A DNA stretch of 64,000 nt from Dehalococcoidales bacterium. GTDB lineage: Bacteria; Chloroflexota; Dehalococcoidia; Dehalococcoidales; Fen-1064. Below, one piece after another: positions 56,129 to 63,948 of the stretch. The position numbers and the translations under genes were made by a program. The notes under the pieces were generated by a model. That model had not been told where the DNA came from. It worked only from the letters and a program-made list of their open reading frames with translations, and did not search any database. The first letter of the stretch is position 1. Each line of letters begins with the position of its first letter. The stretch covers positions 204,183 through 268,182 of the forward strand of contig CP070842.1 of the NCBI GenBank assembly GCA_020342155.1, read 5' to 3'.

Positions 56129-56974
56129 CTACAAGACGGTTTCGCGGTGTCGGGTGCTGTGGCACTGGAAATTGACCGCCAGCGGCAGACTGGCGATATG
56201 GGCCGGCATCACCTCGGCATGGACAGCCAAGGCAGTCGTCCGGCCACCGAGGCCCATCGGCCCGATACCGAGGTCATTGACACGCTCCAGTATATCCCGT
56301 TCAAGCTCAGCCGTCTCCGGGTCCGAACTCGGCTGTCCCACCGGACGCAGCAGTGATTTCTTGGCCAGCAGCATCGTCATCTCGGCGGTACCACCGATAC
56401 CTACTCCGATAATCAAGGGTGGACAAGGCATGCCGCCCGCCTCGTCAACTGCCGTGACCACCGTCTCGATGATGCCTTCCCTGCCCTGGGCTGGCTTGAG
56501 CATAGCCAACCGACTCATGTTCTCCGCCCCACCACCCTTGGACATCACTATTACCTTGATTTGGTCACCGGGCACTATGTCGGTATGGAGTACCGGTGGG
56601 GTATTATCACCACTGTTGACCCTGGCAGAAAAAGGCTGCCGGACCATAGACTTTCGGAGATACCCTTGAGTGTAGCCCTGCCGCACTCCCTCCTCAACAA
56701 CCGCATGCAACTCACCGCCGACGATGTGAGAGTCCTGTCCGACCTCGAGAAAAATTACTGCGGTGCCACAGTCCTGACAGAGCGGAAAGAGGCCTTCTCG
56801 TGCAATCTGTGCGTTCTCAAGTAATTCCCTGAGGACGGCGCGGCCCAATGGCGACTCCTCGGTCTGTTCCGCCTTTTCGAGGGCGGCCATTACATCCTCG
56901 CCCAGCTCATAGTTAGCCTGGTGGCAGAGTCGGGCAATTGCCTCGATGATTTCGCCGGCTTCTATTTCTCTCAT
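56129..56974 (-). CDS. Fe-S hydro-lyase alpha subunit (class I fumarate hydratase/tartrate dehydratase, alpha)
   Basis: 281 aa. PLCQDCGT, KGGG.EN and GIGGTAE patterns. Confidence 0.8.
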   Translation of the reverse strand: MREIEAGEIIEAIARLCHQANYELGEDVMAALEKAEQTEESPLGRAVLRELLENAQIAREGLFPLCQDCGTAVIFLEVGQDSHIVGGELHAVVEEGVRQGYTQGYLRKSMVRQPFSARVNSGDNTPPVLHTDIVPGDQIKVIVMSKGGGAENMSRLAMLKPAQGREGIIETVVTAVDEAGGMPCPPLIIGVGIGGTAEMTMLLAKKSLLRPVGQPSSDPETAELERDILERVNDLGIGPMGLGGRTTALAVHAEVMPAHIASLPLAVNFQCHSTRHRETVL

Positions 56975-57013
56975 TTGGTTATAGGGAACCCTACCCTTCC
57001 TGTTACTCAGTAA

Positions 57014-57997
57014 CTACTGAGACATTATTGCGCCCCGTATTTTATCCTCCAGCTCGGCCAGTTGCTGAAATAGATGCGCTGTACCTCTCCAGTCCCTTCG
57101 GCCAAGGCATGAGTGTGCTTCGCCAAAAACCCGCGACTGACTGTATTTTAAATCGGCCAGTGTCTTATTATGTGGACCGAAGAAAGAGGCGAAATCTATT
57201 GCGCGTTTTGCTTCCAGCGGTAGTGCAAATCTTGTCAAGTGGCCAATTTCCTCCGACGAGAGAGCCTCCGACTCGATTCGGTCGGCCACCTTTCGGATTA
57301 CAGCGCTTCCGATAGGCGTATTCTCCTTAACGCTTTTAACAGAGCTATCTTCATAGATACTCTTGAACCAGCGAAGGGCATCTTGGTATATATCCCCACC
57401 TGAAGGACTGGCGATACGCTTTGGCGACGACCAATAGCGATAATACCCCCGACGGTAGGTTACGTTCTCAGCCTTCCACGCCAACAGCATCTCAGGTCTT
57501 GAGATTAAAACATGGGGATAGCCGGCGGGGTCATGCAGATATAGCTTATCCTGGTCAATTCCATAGACCAGGACGAAATGGTCAATGGCAGACCCCCTCA
57601 TATATTGGTGACCTGGAATATAGACCAGATAGCTCATATCCAATGGGCCAAGTACTGCGCTTGAATTCTGCAGGTCATCTTCTAAGGCACCAAAGGGGTC
57701 AATGTCGGAGATCTTGCTGAACTTCTCTTCAAACGTAAATCCCAGAATCTCCATTGCCTTAGAAATGCCAATATCGGGCATCCCAGTGGGATTTGAGAAA
57801 AACAGGAGGCCGTCGTTTTCCAGAAATGCCCCAAGTCCAACTCCTGTCAGTACTTCGATAAGTGACGGGGATATGTGCTCATCAATACCAGCCAGCAACA
57901 TCGCTACCGAGTTCGCATAGCAATATTTGGCGATTCCAACGTAGCTCACACCATTTATCTGACTGCTTCCGTCATCTGCTGAAGTTAGACCTACCAT
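57014..57997 (-). CDS. BtrH_N/DUF4872-like (papain-fold) protein, function unknown
   Basis: 327 aa. N-terminal ...KYCYANSVAMLLAG...EVLTGVGLGAF resembles BtrH N-terminal domain proteins. Recalled from memory. Confidence 0.4.
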   Translation of the reverse strand: MVGLTSADDGSSQINGVSYVGIAKYCYANSVAMLLAGIDEHISPSLIEVLTGVGLGAFLENDGLLFFSNPTGMPDIGISKAMEILGFTFEEKFSKISDIDPFGALEDDLQNSSAVLGPLDMSYLVYIPGHQYMRGSAIDHFVLVYGIDQDKLYLHDPAGYPHVLISRPEMLLAWKAENVTYRRGYYRYWSSPKRIASPSGGDIYQDALRWFKSIYEDSSVKSVKENTPIGSAVIRKVADRIESEALSSEEIGHLTRFALPLEAKRAIDFASFFGPHNKTLADLKYSQSRVFGEAHSCLGRRDWRGTAHLFQQLAELEDKIRGAIMSQ

Positions 57998-58034
57998 GAT
58001 TCATTCCTTGCTGTAGCTTTGCGTTATTGCTTAG

Positions 58035-58058
58035 TTGCGCAATTGCGTATTTACTCAT
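58035..58058 (+). repeat. TTGCGCAATTGCG palindrome-family motif, copy 1
   Basis: TTGCGCAATTGCGTATTTACTCAT, between the mdh stop and the upstream region of the gene at 57997. Confidence 0.8.
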
Positions 58059-58077
58059 ACATTTAGGAAACGCTACC

Positions 58078-59013
58078 TCAGTCCAGCTTCATTACCCCGA
58101 TTAGCTCCTGTACCGCCTTCGCCGAGTTGGCTAAAGCCTGTCTCTCTTCGGAGGTCAGCTCTAGTTCGACCACTTCCTCAACACCTCCCTGGCCCAGTTT
58201 TACCGGCACACTGATAACAGTATCCGTAAGTCCGTATTCTCCATTGAGGCTCATGGCACAACTTAGCGTCATGTCTTTATTGAGGAGAATCGCATCAACC
58301 ATCTGGGTAATTGCCGCCGAGGGTGCGTAGAAGGCGCTGCCGGTCTTGAGCAGTCCAACAATTTCCGCCCCGCCACCAATAGTACGTTCTACCAGTTTAC
58401 TGATTGATTCTGCGGGCAGGAGTTCAGTAATCGGTCTCCCCTGAATTTTGGTCAATCTGGGTATGACCACCATGTTTTTCCCATGCTCACCGAGAACGCA
58501 GGCATCCACGTATTCCACGGGCATTTTTGACTCAGCAGCGACGAAGGTGCTCAGCCTGGCTGCATCAAGGACTCCGGACAGTCCGAGAACCCTTTTCTGG
58601 GGAAACTGGCTTACGTGGCGAGCCAGTTGGACCATGGCATCAACCGGATTGGTGGCCACGATGATGACGCAGTCAGGTGACTTTGCGACTACCCTACTGG
58701 TGACCTCGCTGACAATCTTCATATTTGTCAGCAGCAGGTCGTCACGTGTCATACCCGGCTTTCGCGGCGAACCGGACGTAATTACGACCACGTCCGAACC
58801 GGCTGTCTCTTCGTAATCGTTCGTTCCGATTATGCGAGAGTTAAAACCCACCACCGATGCCGATTGCTGGATGTCGAGGGCTTTACCCTGTGGCAGACCC
58901 TCGATGATGTCAAGCAAGACGACGTCTGCATAGTCACGCTCGACAATTCGCTGGGCACAGGCAGACCCAACATTACCGTCACCAATGATACTCACTTTAA
59001 AACGATCGTTCAT
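58078..59013 (-). CDS. mdh: malate dehydrogenase (LDH-like MDH family)
   Basis: KVSIIGDGNVGSA Rossmann motif, ITSGSPRKPGMTRDDL, and the EHG catalytic His region. ATG at 59013 preferred. Confidence 0.85.
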   Translation of the reverse strand: MNDRFKVSIIGDGNVGSACAQRIVERDYADVVLLDIIEGLPQGKALDIQQSASVVGFNSRIIGTNDYEETAGSDVVVITSGSPRKPGMTRDDLLLTNMKIVSEVTSRVVAKSPDCVIIVATNPVDAMVQLARHVSQFPQKRVLGLSGVLDAARLSTFVAAESKMPVEYVDACVLGEHGKNMVVIPRLTKIQGRPITELLPAESISKLVERTIGGGAEIVGLLKTGSAFYAPSAAITQMVDAILLNKDMTLSCAMSLNGEYGLTDTVISVPVKLGQGGVEEVVELELTSEERQALANSAKAVQELIGVMKLD

Positions 59014-59144
59014 TGAGTTCACCTCTCGAGATATAGTAAACGCCCTCATTCTACTAGTTTACTCAGCGTTCGGCAATACCGACTGGAAGAATAGGAGATG
59101 TAAGGTGAGTAGCACCCACAGAGTAGCTTAATAGTGAGTAATTC

Positions 59145-59189
59145 CTCATTAGCGTATTTGCGCAATCACGCACACTATGATTTACGCAA
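59145..59189 (+). repeat. palindrome-family motif, copy 2 (degenerate, two half-sites)
   Basis: CTCATTAGCGTATTTGCGCAATCACGC ... TTTACGCAA, in the divergent mdh/fur intergenic region. Confidence 0.6.
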
Positions 59190-59211
59190 GAGCCTTCACT
59201 AACGTTACCTA

Positions 59212-59241
59212 TTGACAACTCCCCCTTTCTTTCGCTAGACT
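59212..59241 (+). promoter_or_regulatory. putative fur-family gene promoter (TTGACA, 18-nt spacer, TAGACT)
   Basis: -35 at 59212-59217 and -10 at 59236-59241. AT-rich TGATAATACTTTTCAATTA just downstream is weakly Fur-box-like. Confidence 0.45.
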
Positions 59242-59274
59242 GTAACTGATAATACTTTTCAATTAGCAGAAGAG

Positions 59275-59733
59275 ATGAAACCTTCCGACAGAAATATCAC
59301 CACCGCCCTCAGGCGTCACGGTTACAAACTTACTCCTCAGCGGTGTGCCGTGGTTCATGCCATCACTTCCAGTCAGGACCACCTGACCCCGACAGCTATA
59401 TTTGAGAAGGTCAGCCAGAACCACCCCGGCATCGGGCTGGTAACTGTCTACCGGACCCTCAAGCTTCTGGCGGAACTGGAACTCATCTGTGAACTCCACA
59501 CCGGCGGTAACTGCCCCAGCTATACTGCAGGCACATCACACCACCACCACCACCTGGTCTGCTCCGGCTGCGGTAAGGTTGTCGACTTCGCTAGTCCCCG
59601 TCTCATTGAGCATAACGTCGTCGAACTCGAAGGAAGGCTCAGTCGTGAGAGCGGTTTCCGCATAGACGACCACCTGCTTGAGTTCACCGGCCTTTGCCAA
59701 CTCTGTCAGAAAGCTCCAGCATCATCGGTATAG
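59275..59733 (+). CDS. Fur family metalloregulator (Fur/Zur/PerR-type)
   Basis: LTPQR...VYRTL winged helix. HHHHHLVCSGCGKV and GLCQLC zinc motifs. Confidence 0.85.
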   Translation: MKPSDRNITTALRRHGYKLTPQRCAVVHAITSSQDHLTPTAIFEKVSQNHPGIGLVTVYRTLKLLAELELICELHTGGNCPSYTAGTSHHHHHLVCSGCGKVVDFASPRLIEHNVVELEGRLSRESGFRIDDHLLEFTGLCQLCQKAPASSV

Positions 59734-59746
59734 GACGAAGAGAGAA

Positions 59747-60370
59747 ATGCTTCAGCGAATCGTCGCCGAACTAAGGCACCACATTCCGTTTACTATCCTC
59801 GGGGCAGTAATTAGTATCGTGGCTGTTGTAATTATCGTGGCGACCGGGGCCCTTCCTTCGGTGAGCGGTGTCTCGGAGACGGTTTTTTACGTTTTGCATC
59901 CGCTCCACGTAGTACTCAGCGCCGGCGTTACCACCGCCATGTATCGTAAATATACGCGCGGTCGGCTTTTGCCGGCAATTCTCGTGGGTTACCTTGGCTC
60001 AATCGGTGTGGCTACCCTGAGCGACTCAGTGGTCCCGTTCATCGGAGAGACGCTCCTCAACCTTCCTCAAGTTGAGGCTCATATTGGCTTTATCGAGGAG
60101 TGGCAGATAGTAAATCCGGCGGCACTACTCGGTGTCGCCATCGGCCTTTGGAACTCCCACACGCTTTTCCCCCACGCCGGACACGTCTTTCTCAGCACCT
60201 GGGCGTCGCTGTTCCATATCATCATGGCGCTCGGTGAAACGGTGGAATGGATCCAGTTCTTGCCTATCTTCGTATTCCTTTTCCTGGCCGTCTGGCTGCC
60301 GTGCTGCCTGAGTGATATCGTCTTTCCGCTGCTGTTCACAAAGGGAAACATACCCATCGAAGAAGGTTAG
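59747..60370 (+). CDS. integral membrane protein with conserved His residues, possible metal transporter
   Basis: About 207 aa, 6 TM. HHIPFT, HPLH and HAGH motifs. ATG at 59747, 11 nt after the fur stop. Confidence 0.45.
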   Translation: MLQRIVAELRHHIPFTILGAVISIVAVVIIVATGALPSVSGVSETVFYVLHPLHVVLSAGVTTAMYRKYTRGRLLPAILVGYLGSIGVATLSDSVVPFIGETLLNLPQVEAHIGFIEEWQIVNPAALLGVAIGLWNSHTLFPHAGHVFLSTWASLFHIIMALGETVEWIQFLPIFVFLFLAVWLPCCLSDIVFPLLFTKGNIPIEEG

Positions 60371-60388
60371 ATGCCCGGTAGAGACTCG

Positions 60389-60420
60389 GTAGAAACTACG
60401 CAGACCAATTTCTACTTTTA
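60389..60420 (+). terminator. rho-independent terminator candidate
   Basis: GTAGAAA-13 nt-TTTCTAC followed by TTTT, 19 nt after the stop at 60370. Confidence 0.45.
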
Positions 60421-60643
60421 CCAGAGTAAGCCTTGCTGCAGAGATGTCAATAGTTGTATAGCAATATGAAGGAACTAACAGGGGGTTGAAAATCGATTCT
60501 GTAGGCTCTCAGGGTTATCGACCAGACGGACCCGGCCAACGGTATCTACCGTCTGACTTTATCTTCTAATGTACGTAGTGTCTCATTGAGCAACCGAAGC
60601 AGAGGCTTGTATTGTTATCATCCAGTCAATACAAATCAAGGGA

Positions 60644-60668
60644 TTTACTCATTTACGCAATTGCGCAA
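60644..60668 (+). repeat. palindrome-family motif, copy 3 (overlaps last codons and stop of the RHH gene)
   Basis: TTTACTCATTTACGCAATTGCGCAA. On the minus strand it encodes ...VAQLRK*. Confidence 0.8.
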
Positions 60669-60987
60669 CCGCTCTATCAAGAAGCTCCTCATCGGTCTTG
60701 ACACCCCGCACATCCAGTCCGCTCGTCCGGAAAGCCCGCACCAGTGCCTCGATAAGCTTGGTCTTACTCAGCTTCTTGCCGCCGCTGAACTTGGCTGTGG
60801 ATGCCAGGGATTCCAGGTATGCGTCCTCACCACGGTTAAGGAAAACGGAGAGCTTGATTCGGCTTGTATCCGGCTCCCGAACTGTCTCCTCCCTTTCCGG
60901 TGGAGTCCGCGCCGGCTGTTCAGAGCCGGTGAGACGGTCCAGGGCACTCCCGTAAGCAAGCTCCTCGGTAACGCGAACCCTCTTCAT
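60649..60987 (-). CDS. small ribbon-helix-helix-like protein, candidate ParG-type centromere-binding partner of ParA
   Basis: 112 aa. Disordered N-terminal tail, then KLSVFLNRGEDAYLESLA...LSKTKLIEALVRAF (strand-helix-helix pattern). ATGA overlap with the parA stop. Confidence 0.5.
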   Translation of the reverse strand: MKRVRVTEELAYGSALDRLTGSEQPARTPPEREETVREPDTSRIKLSVFLNRGEDAYLESLASTAKFSGGKKLSKTKLIEALVRAFRTSGLDVRGVKTDEELLDRAVAQLRK

Positions 60988-61760
60988 TTCATCACCTCTT
61001 CTACCAGTAGTCTATAGGCATTGGCACCATCCGACTTCGGGGCATATGTCAGGATCGACTCTCCGGCTGCCGGGGCCTCCTTAAAACGAACACTTGTAGG
61101 AATCGTAGCTTCAAAAACCTTCACAGTCTTACCGAAAGCCTTCCGGGTAACCTCACTGACCTCGCGGCTGTGCAGGGTACGAGAACTGGTCATGGTCAAC
61201 AATATCCCGGAAACCTCTAAAGTAGGATTTAGCTTGTCCTTCACCCGAGTAATTGTGTTGAACAGCAGCCCAACCCCTTTCATCGCCAGGAAATCGGCCT
61301 GCAAGGGAACAATCACACGGTCGGCTGCCGCTAGGGCATTGATTGTCATCAAGCCGAGGCTGGGCAGGCAGTCTATCAGAATAAAATCGTAATGGAACCG
61401 TACTGGCTGGAGCATTTCCCTCAGCATCATCTCCCGGGTGAATGCCCCCACCAGGTCAAGCTCGGCCTGTGACAGCTCTATATTAGCCGGTACCAGGTCA
61501 ATGAGCGGGTTGGAGGTGTGAATGATGACATCACGCACTGTGAGACTGCCATCGCCCCTGATGATGCTCGCCAGGGCATCGTACCCGTTACGTTCCAGAC
61601 GCTCCGGATTTTGCCCCACACTAATGGTAAGGCTGCCCTGCGGGTCCCAGTCGACCAGAAGAACCCGCTTGCCGTGCTCGCTCAGACCCTGGGCCAGCGT
61701 CGAAGTCGTGGTTGTCTTGCCGACTCCGCCTTTCTGGTTGGCGATACAGATAACCGGCAT
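60984..61760 (-). CDS. parA: ParA/Soj family partition ATPase
   Basis: Deviant Walker A NQKGGVGKTTT, DWDPQGS and LIDCLPSLG. ATG at 61760 with AAAGGGGAG upstream is preferred. Confidence 0.85.
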   Translation of the reverse strand: MPVICIANQKGGVGKTTTTSTLAQGLSEHGKRVLLVDWDPQGSLTISVGQNPERLERNGYDALASIIRGDGSLTVRDVIIHTSNPLIDLVPANIELSQAELDLVGAFTREMMLREMLQPVRFHYDFILIDCLPSLGLMTINALAAADRVIVPLQADFLAMKGVGLLFNTITRVKDKLNPTLEVSGILLTMTSSRTLHSREVSEVTRKAFGKTVKVFEATIPTSVRFKEAPAAGESILTYAPKSDGANAYRLLVEEVMK

Positions 61761-61793
61761 GTGTTCGACTCCCCTTTGGTCGGATTCTGGACT

Positions 61794-61822
61794 ATTGTAA
61801 CGCAATTGCGCAATTACGTCAA
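61794..61822 (-). promoter_or_regulatory. parA promoter (TTGACG, 17-nt spacer, TACAAT) with the palindrome filling the spacer
   Basis: Minus strand reads TTGACG(61822-61817)-TAATTGCGCAATTGCGT-TACAAT(61799-61794), 34 nt upstream of the parA ATG. Confidence 0.6.
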
Positions 61823-61835
61823 TACTCATTTACGC
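61799..61835 (+). repeat. palindrome-family motif, copy 4 (core plus extra half-site)
   Basis: AACGCAATTGCGCAATTACGTCAATACTCATTTACGC. Confidence 0.8.
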
Positions 61836-61917
61836 TATTTTCTCCCCAGGCATTGACCTAAGCAATCAGTCCACGTACAATAGTCCTGACATGCAGACCC
61901 TCGACTAAGGAGTCACT

Positions 61918-62838
61918 TTGAATCTATCAGTCCAGCTCGCCCCTAGGAATAACAAGGGCTTACTCCTGACCAATCCGATTATGACAGCCTCCGGCACCTT
62001 CGGCTATGGTATTGAGTTTGAGCACCTGTTCGATATCCAGAGGCTGGGGGCAATCATCTGCAAAGGGACAACCTTTAAGCCTAGGGAGGGTAACCCCCAG
62101 CCCCGAATCGTGGAGACTGCCAGCGGCGTCCTTAATTCCATCGGTCTGCAGAATATCGGTGTCGATGCTCTGATAGCCGAAAAGGCGCCCATCTGGGCAG
62201 GTTGGCACGTGCCGGTCATCGTTAACATCGCTGGTGAGACGATTGATGACTACGCCCGTGTGGCGGAGCGACTGGATAGAGTGGCCGGAATCAGCGGCCT
62301 TGAAGTCAATATCAGCTGCCCCAATGTCAGTGCCGGTGGGGCTGAGTTCGGCGCCAATCCTGACACCGCCGCTTCTGTAACCGCTGATGTTAAAAAGGCA
62401 ACCTCTCTGCCTGTCCTCGTCAAACTCACCCCCAACACCGGTGATATCGTAGCTGTGGCCGTGTCTGTGGCTGAGGCCGGTGCCGACGCAATCTCACTGA
62501 TAAACACGCTCAAGGGTATGGCGATAGACATCAAGACACGCCGACCGATACTGGGTAATATATACGGAGGTCTCTCCGGTCCGGCTATCAAGCCGGTGGC
62601 ACTCCACATGGTTTACCAGGTGGCCGGGGCCGTAGATGTGCCTGTTATCGGCTGCGGCGGTATTAGCACCGCCGAGGATGCCATCGAGTTCATCCTGGCC
62701 GGTGCCAGCGCCGTCCAGGTAGGCACCGCCAATCTGACCAGCCCGCGAGCAGCCCTCGATGTCCTCGAAGGAATCGAGCGGTTTATACGCGACGAGGGGA
62801 TAAGGGATATAGCTGAGCTTATCGGGACAGTCAGGTAG
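61918..62838 (+). CDS. pyrD: dihydroorotate dehydrogenase, class 1 catalytic subunit
   Basis: NPIMTASGTFGYG, EVNISCPN, the catalytic Cys region, and GGISTAEDA. TTG start with TAAGGAG 5 nt upstream. Confidence 0.85.
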   Translation: MNLSVQLAPRNNKGLLLTNPIMTASGTFGYGIEFEHLFDIQRLGAIICKGTTFKPREGNPQPRIVETASGVLNSIGLQNIGVDALIAEKAPIWAGWHVPVIVNIAGETIDDYARVAERLDRVAGISGLEVNISCPNVSAGGAEFGANPDTAASVTADVKKATSLPVLVKLTPNTGDIVAVAVSVAEAGADAISLINTLKGMAIDIKTRRPILGNIYGGLSGPAIKPVALHMVYQVAGAVDVPVIGCGGISTAEDAIEFILAGASAVQVGTANLTSPRAALDVLEGIERFIRDEGIRDIAELIGTVR

Positions 62839-62870
62839 TACTTACGCATTTGCGCAAATGAGCAGGTACT
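62837..62870 (+). repeat. palindrome-family motif, copy 5 (centre shifted to GCGC)
   Basis: AGTACTTACGCATTTGCGCAAATGAGCAGGTACT. Overlaps the pyrD stop codon. Confidence 0.7.
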
Positions 62871-63084
62871 CTATTTGCCAATCCTGAGTGCCAATGGTGT
62901 TAATCGAAATCACGTGCTATAATTGCATCGCTATTATTTACCGTCCTGAGCAATTTGGCATACCATCCCTGATTACACCTAAAATAACAGGTCAAGGAGC
63001 GTCGATATGACATGATAAAACACCAGTTCGATGCATTAAAATAAAGATTCAATCATACTAAACATGAACACGGGGAGGCTCACA

Positions 63085-63786
63085 ATGAAAAAATGGATAA
63101 CTCTATTCGCTGTGCTGTCCTTGCTAATGCTGACCTGCTGGGGAGTGGCTGCCTGCAAGGGCGGGGACACTGTAGGTGAACAGGAGGAAGAGGAGGAGGA
63201 AGAGGAAGAAGAAGAGGAGGAAGAAGAAGAGGAGGAGGAAGAAGAGGAGGAATCTCTAGAAGATATCCTGGCTCTAGGAGTTGATCTACCAGCCGTACAG
63301 TACGACCAGAGTGTCACCACCGGCGGACAAGTGGTGGTTGACATGACAGTTTACATGGATGGGTCGAAGATAAGGATGGAAATGAGCGCCCAAGGGCAAA
63401 ATGTAATTCAGCTGGTAGACTATGACACCATGAAGATGTATACGTACATGCCGACACAGAACATGGCTATAGAGTTAGACATCAGTGGTTTCGAAGGGGT
63501 CGGTAGTGAGGCGGCCCAGGATATCGAACAGTACCTGCCAACGGTTCTCGGCACCGAAACTCTGGACGGTAAAGAGTGTCTGGTCGTCGAATACAGCTTC
63601 TCAGCTCAGGGAGTAAACTCATCCGTCAAGATGTGGTTATGGACAGACTACGGATTTCCTCTCCGAACAGAGACAACGGTCTCAGGCCAGTTAACGGTAA
63701 TGGAGATAACGAATATAGTGTTCGGTACCATCGCCGACAGCATGTTCGAGTTACCGGACGGTGTAACGATAGTACCTCTCTCGTAA
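63085..63786 (+). CDS. lipoprotein with 26-residue poly-Glu linker and LolA-like/DUF4367-like beta domain
   Basis: MKKWITLFAVLSLLMLTCWGVAAC signal/lipobox. E26 tract. ATG at 63085 with GGGGAGG 6 nt upstream is preferred over 63064. Confidence 0.6.
   Translation: MKKWITLFAVLSLLMLTCWGVAACKGGDTVGEQEEEEEEEEEEEEEEEEEEEEEEESLEDILALGVDLPAVQYDQSVTTGGQVVVDMTVYMDGSKIRMEMSAQGQNVIQLVDYDTMKMYTYMPTQNMAIELDISGFEGVGSEAAQDIEQYLPTVLGTETLDGKECLVVEYSFSAQGVNSSVKMWLWTDYGFPLRTETTVSGQLTVMEITNIVFGTIADSMFELPDGVTIVPLS
63182..63252 (+). repeat. 71-nt uninterrupted polypurine (GAR)n tract encoding poly-Glu
   Basis: Only A and G from 63182 to 63252 on the + strand. Confidence 0.9.
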
Positions 63787-63887
63787 TGTAAAACCATCCC
63801 CGACCAGCTACTCCAGAAAGAGGTAACTGCGCGAGATAATAGGGGATAGAGGCGGTCCCCCGGCTATTGGGGTCATAAGGTAGCATC

Positions 63888-63917
63888 TACTCATCTGCGC
63901 AATTGCGCAGATGAGTA
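63888..63917 (+). repeat. palindrome-family motif, copy 6: perfect 30-bp palindrome
   Basis: TACTCATCTGCGCAA|TTGCGCAGATGAGTA, 32 nt upstream of the tatD-like ATG. Confidence 0.9.
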
Positions 63918-63948
63918 AACATTCAAAATCAATAAGACCGAGTTCTAT

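Noticed and set aside
58035-58064. Copy 1 of the palindrome read as a + strand promoter (TTGCGC, 17-nt spacer, TACATT) antisense to mdh.
   Set aside because: The hexamers are weak and the arrangement is not shared by the other copies. Noted only as an alternative reading: the repeated TTGCGC could act as -35-like elements.
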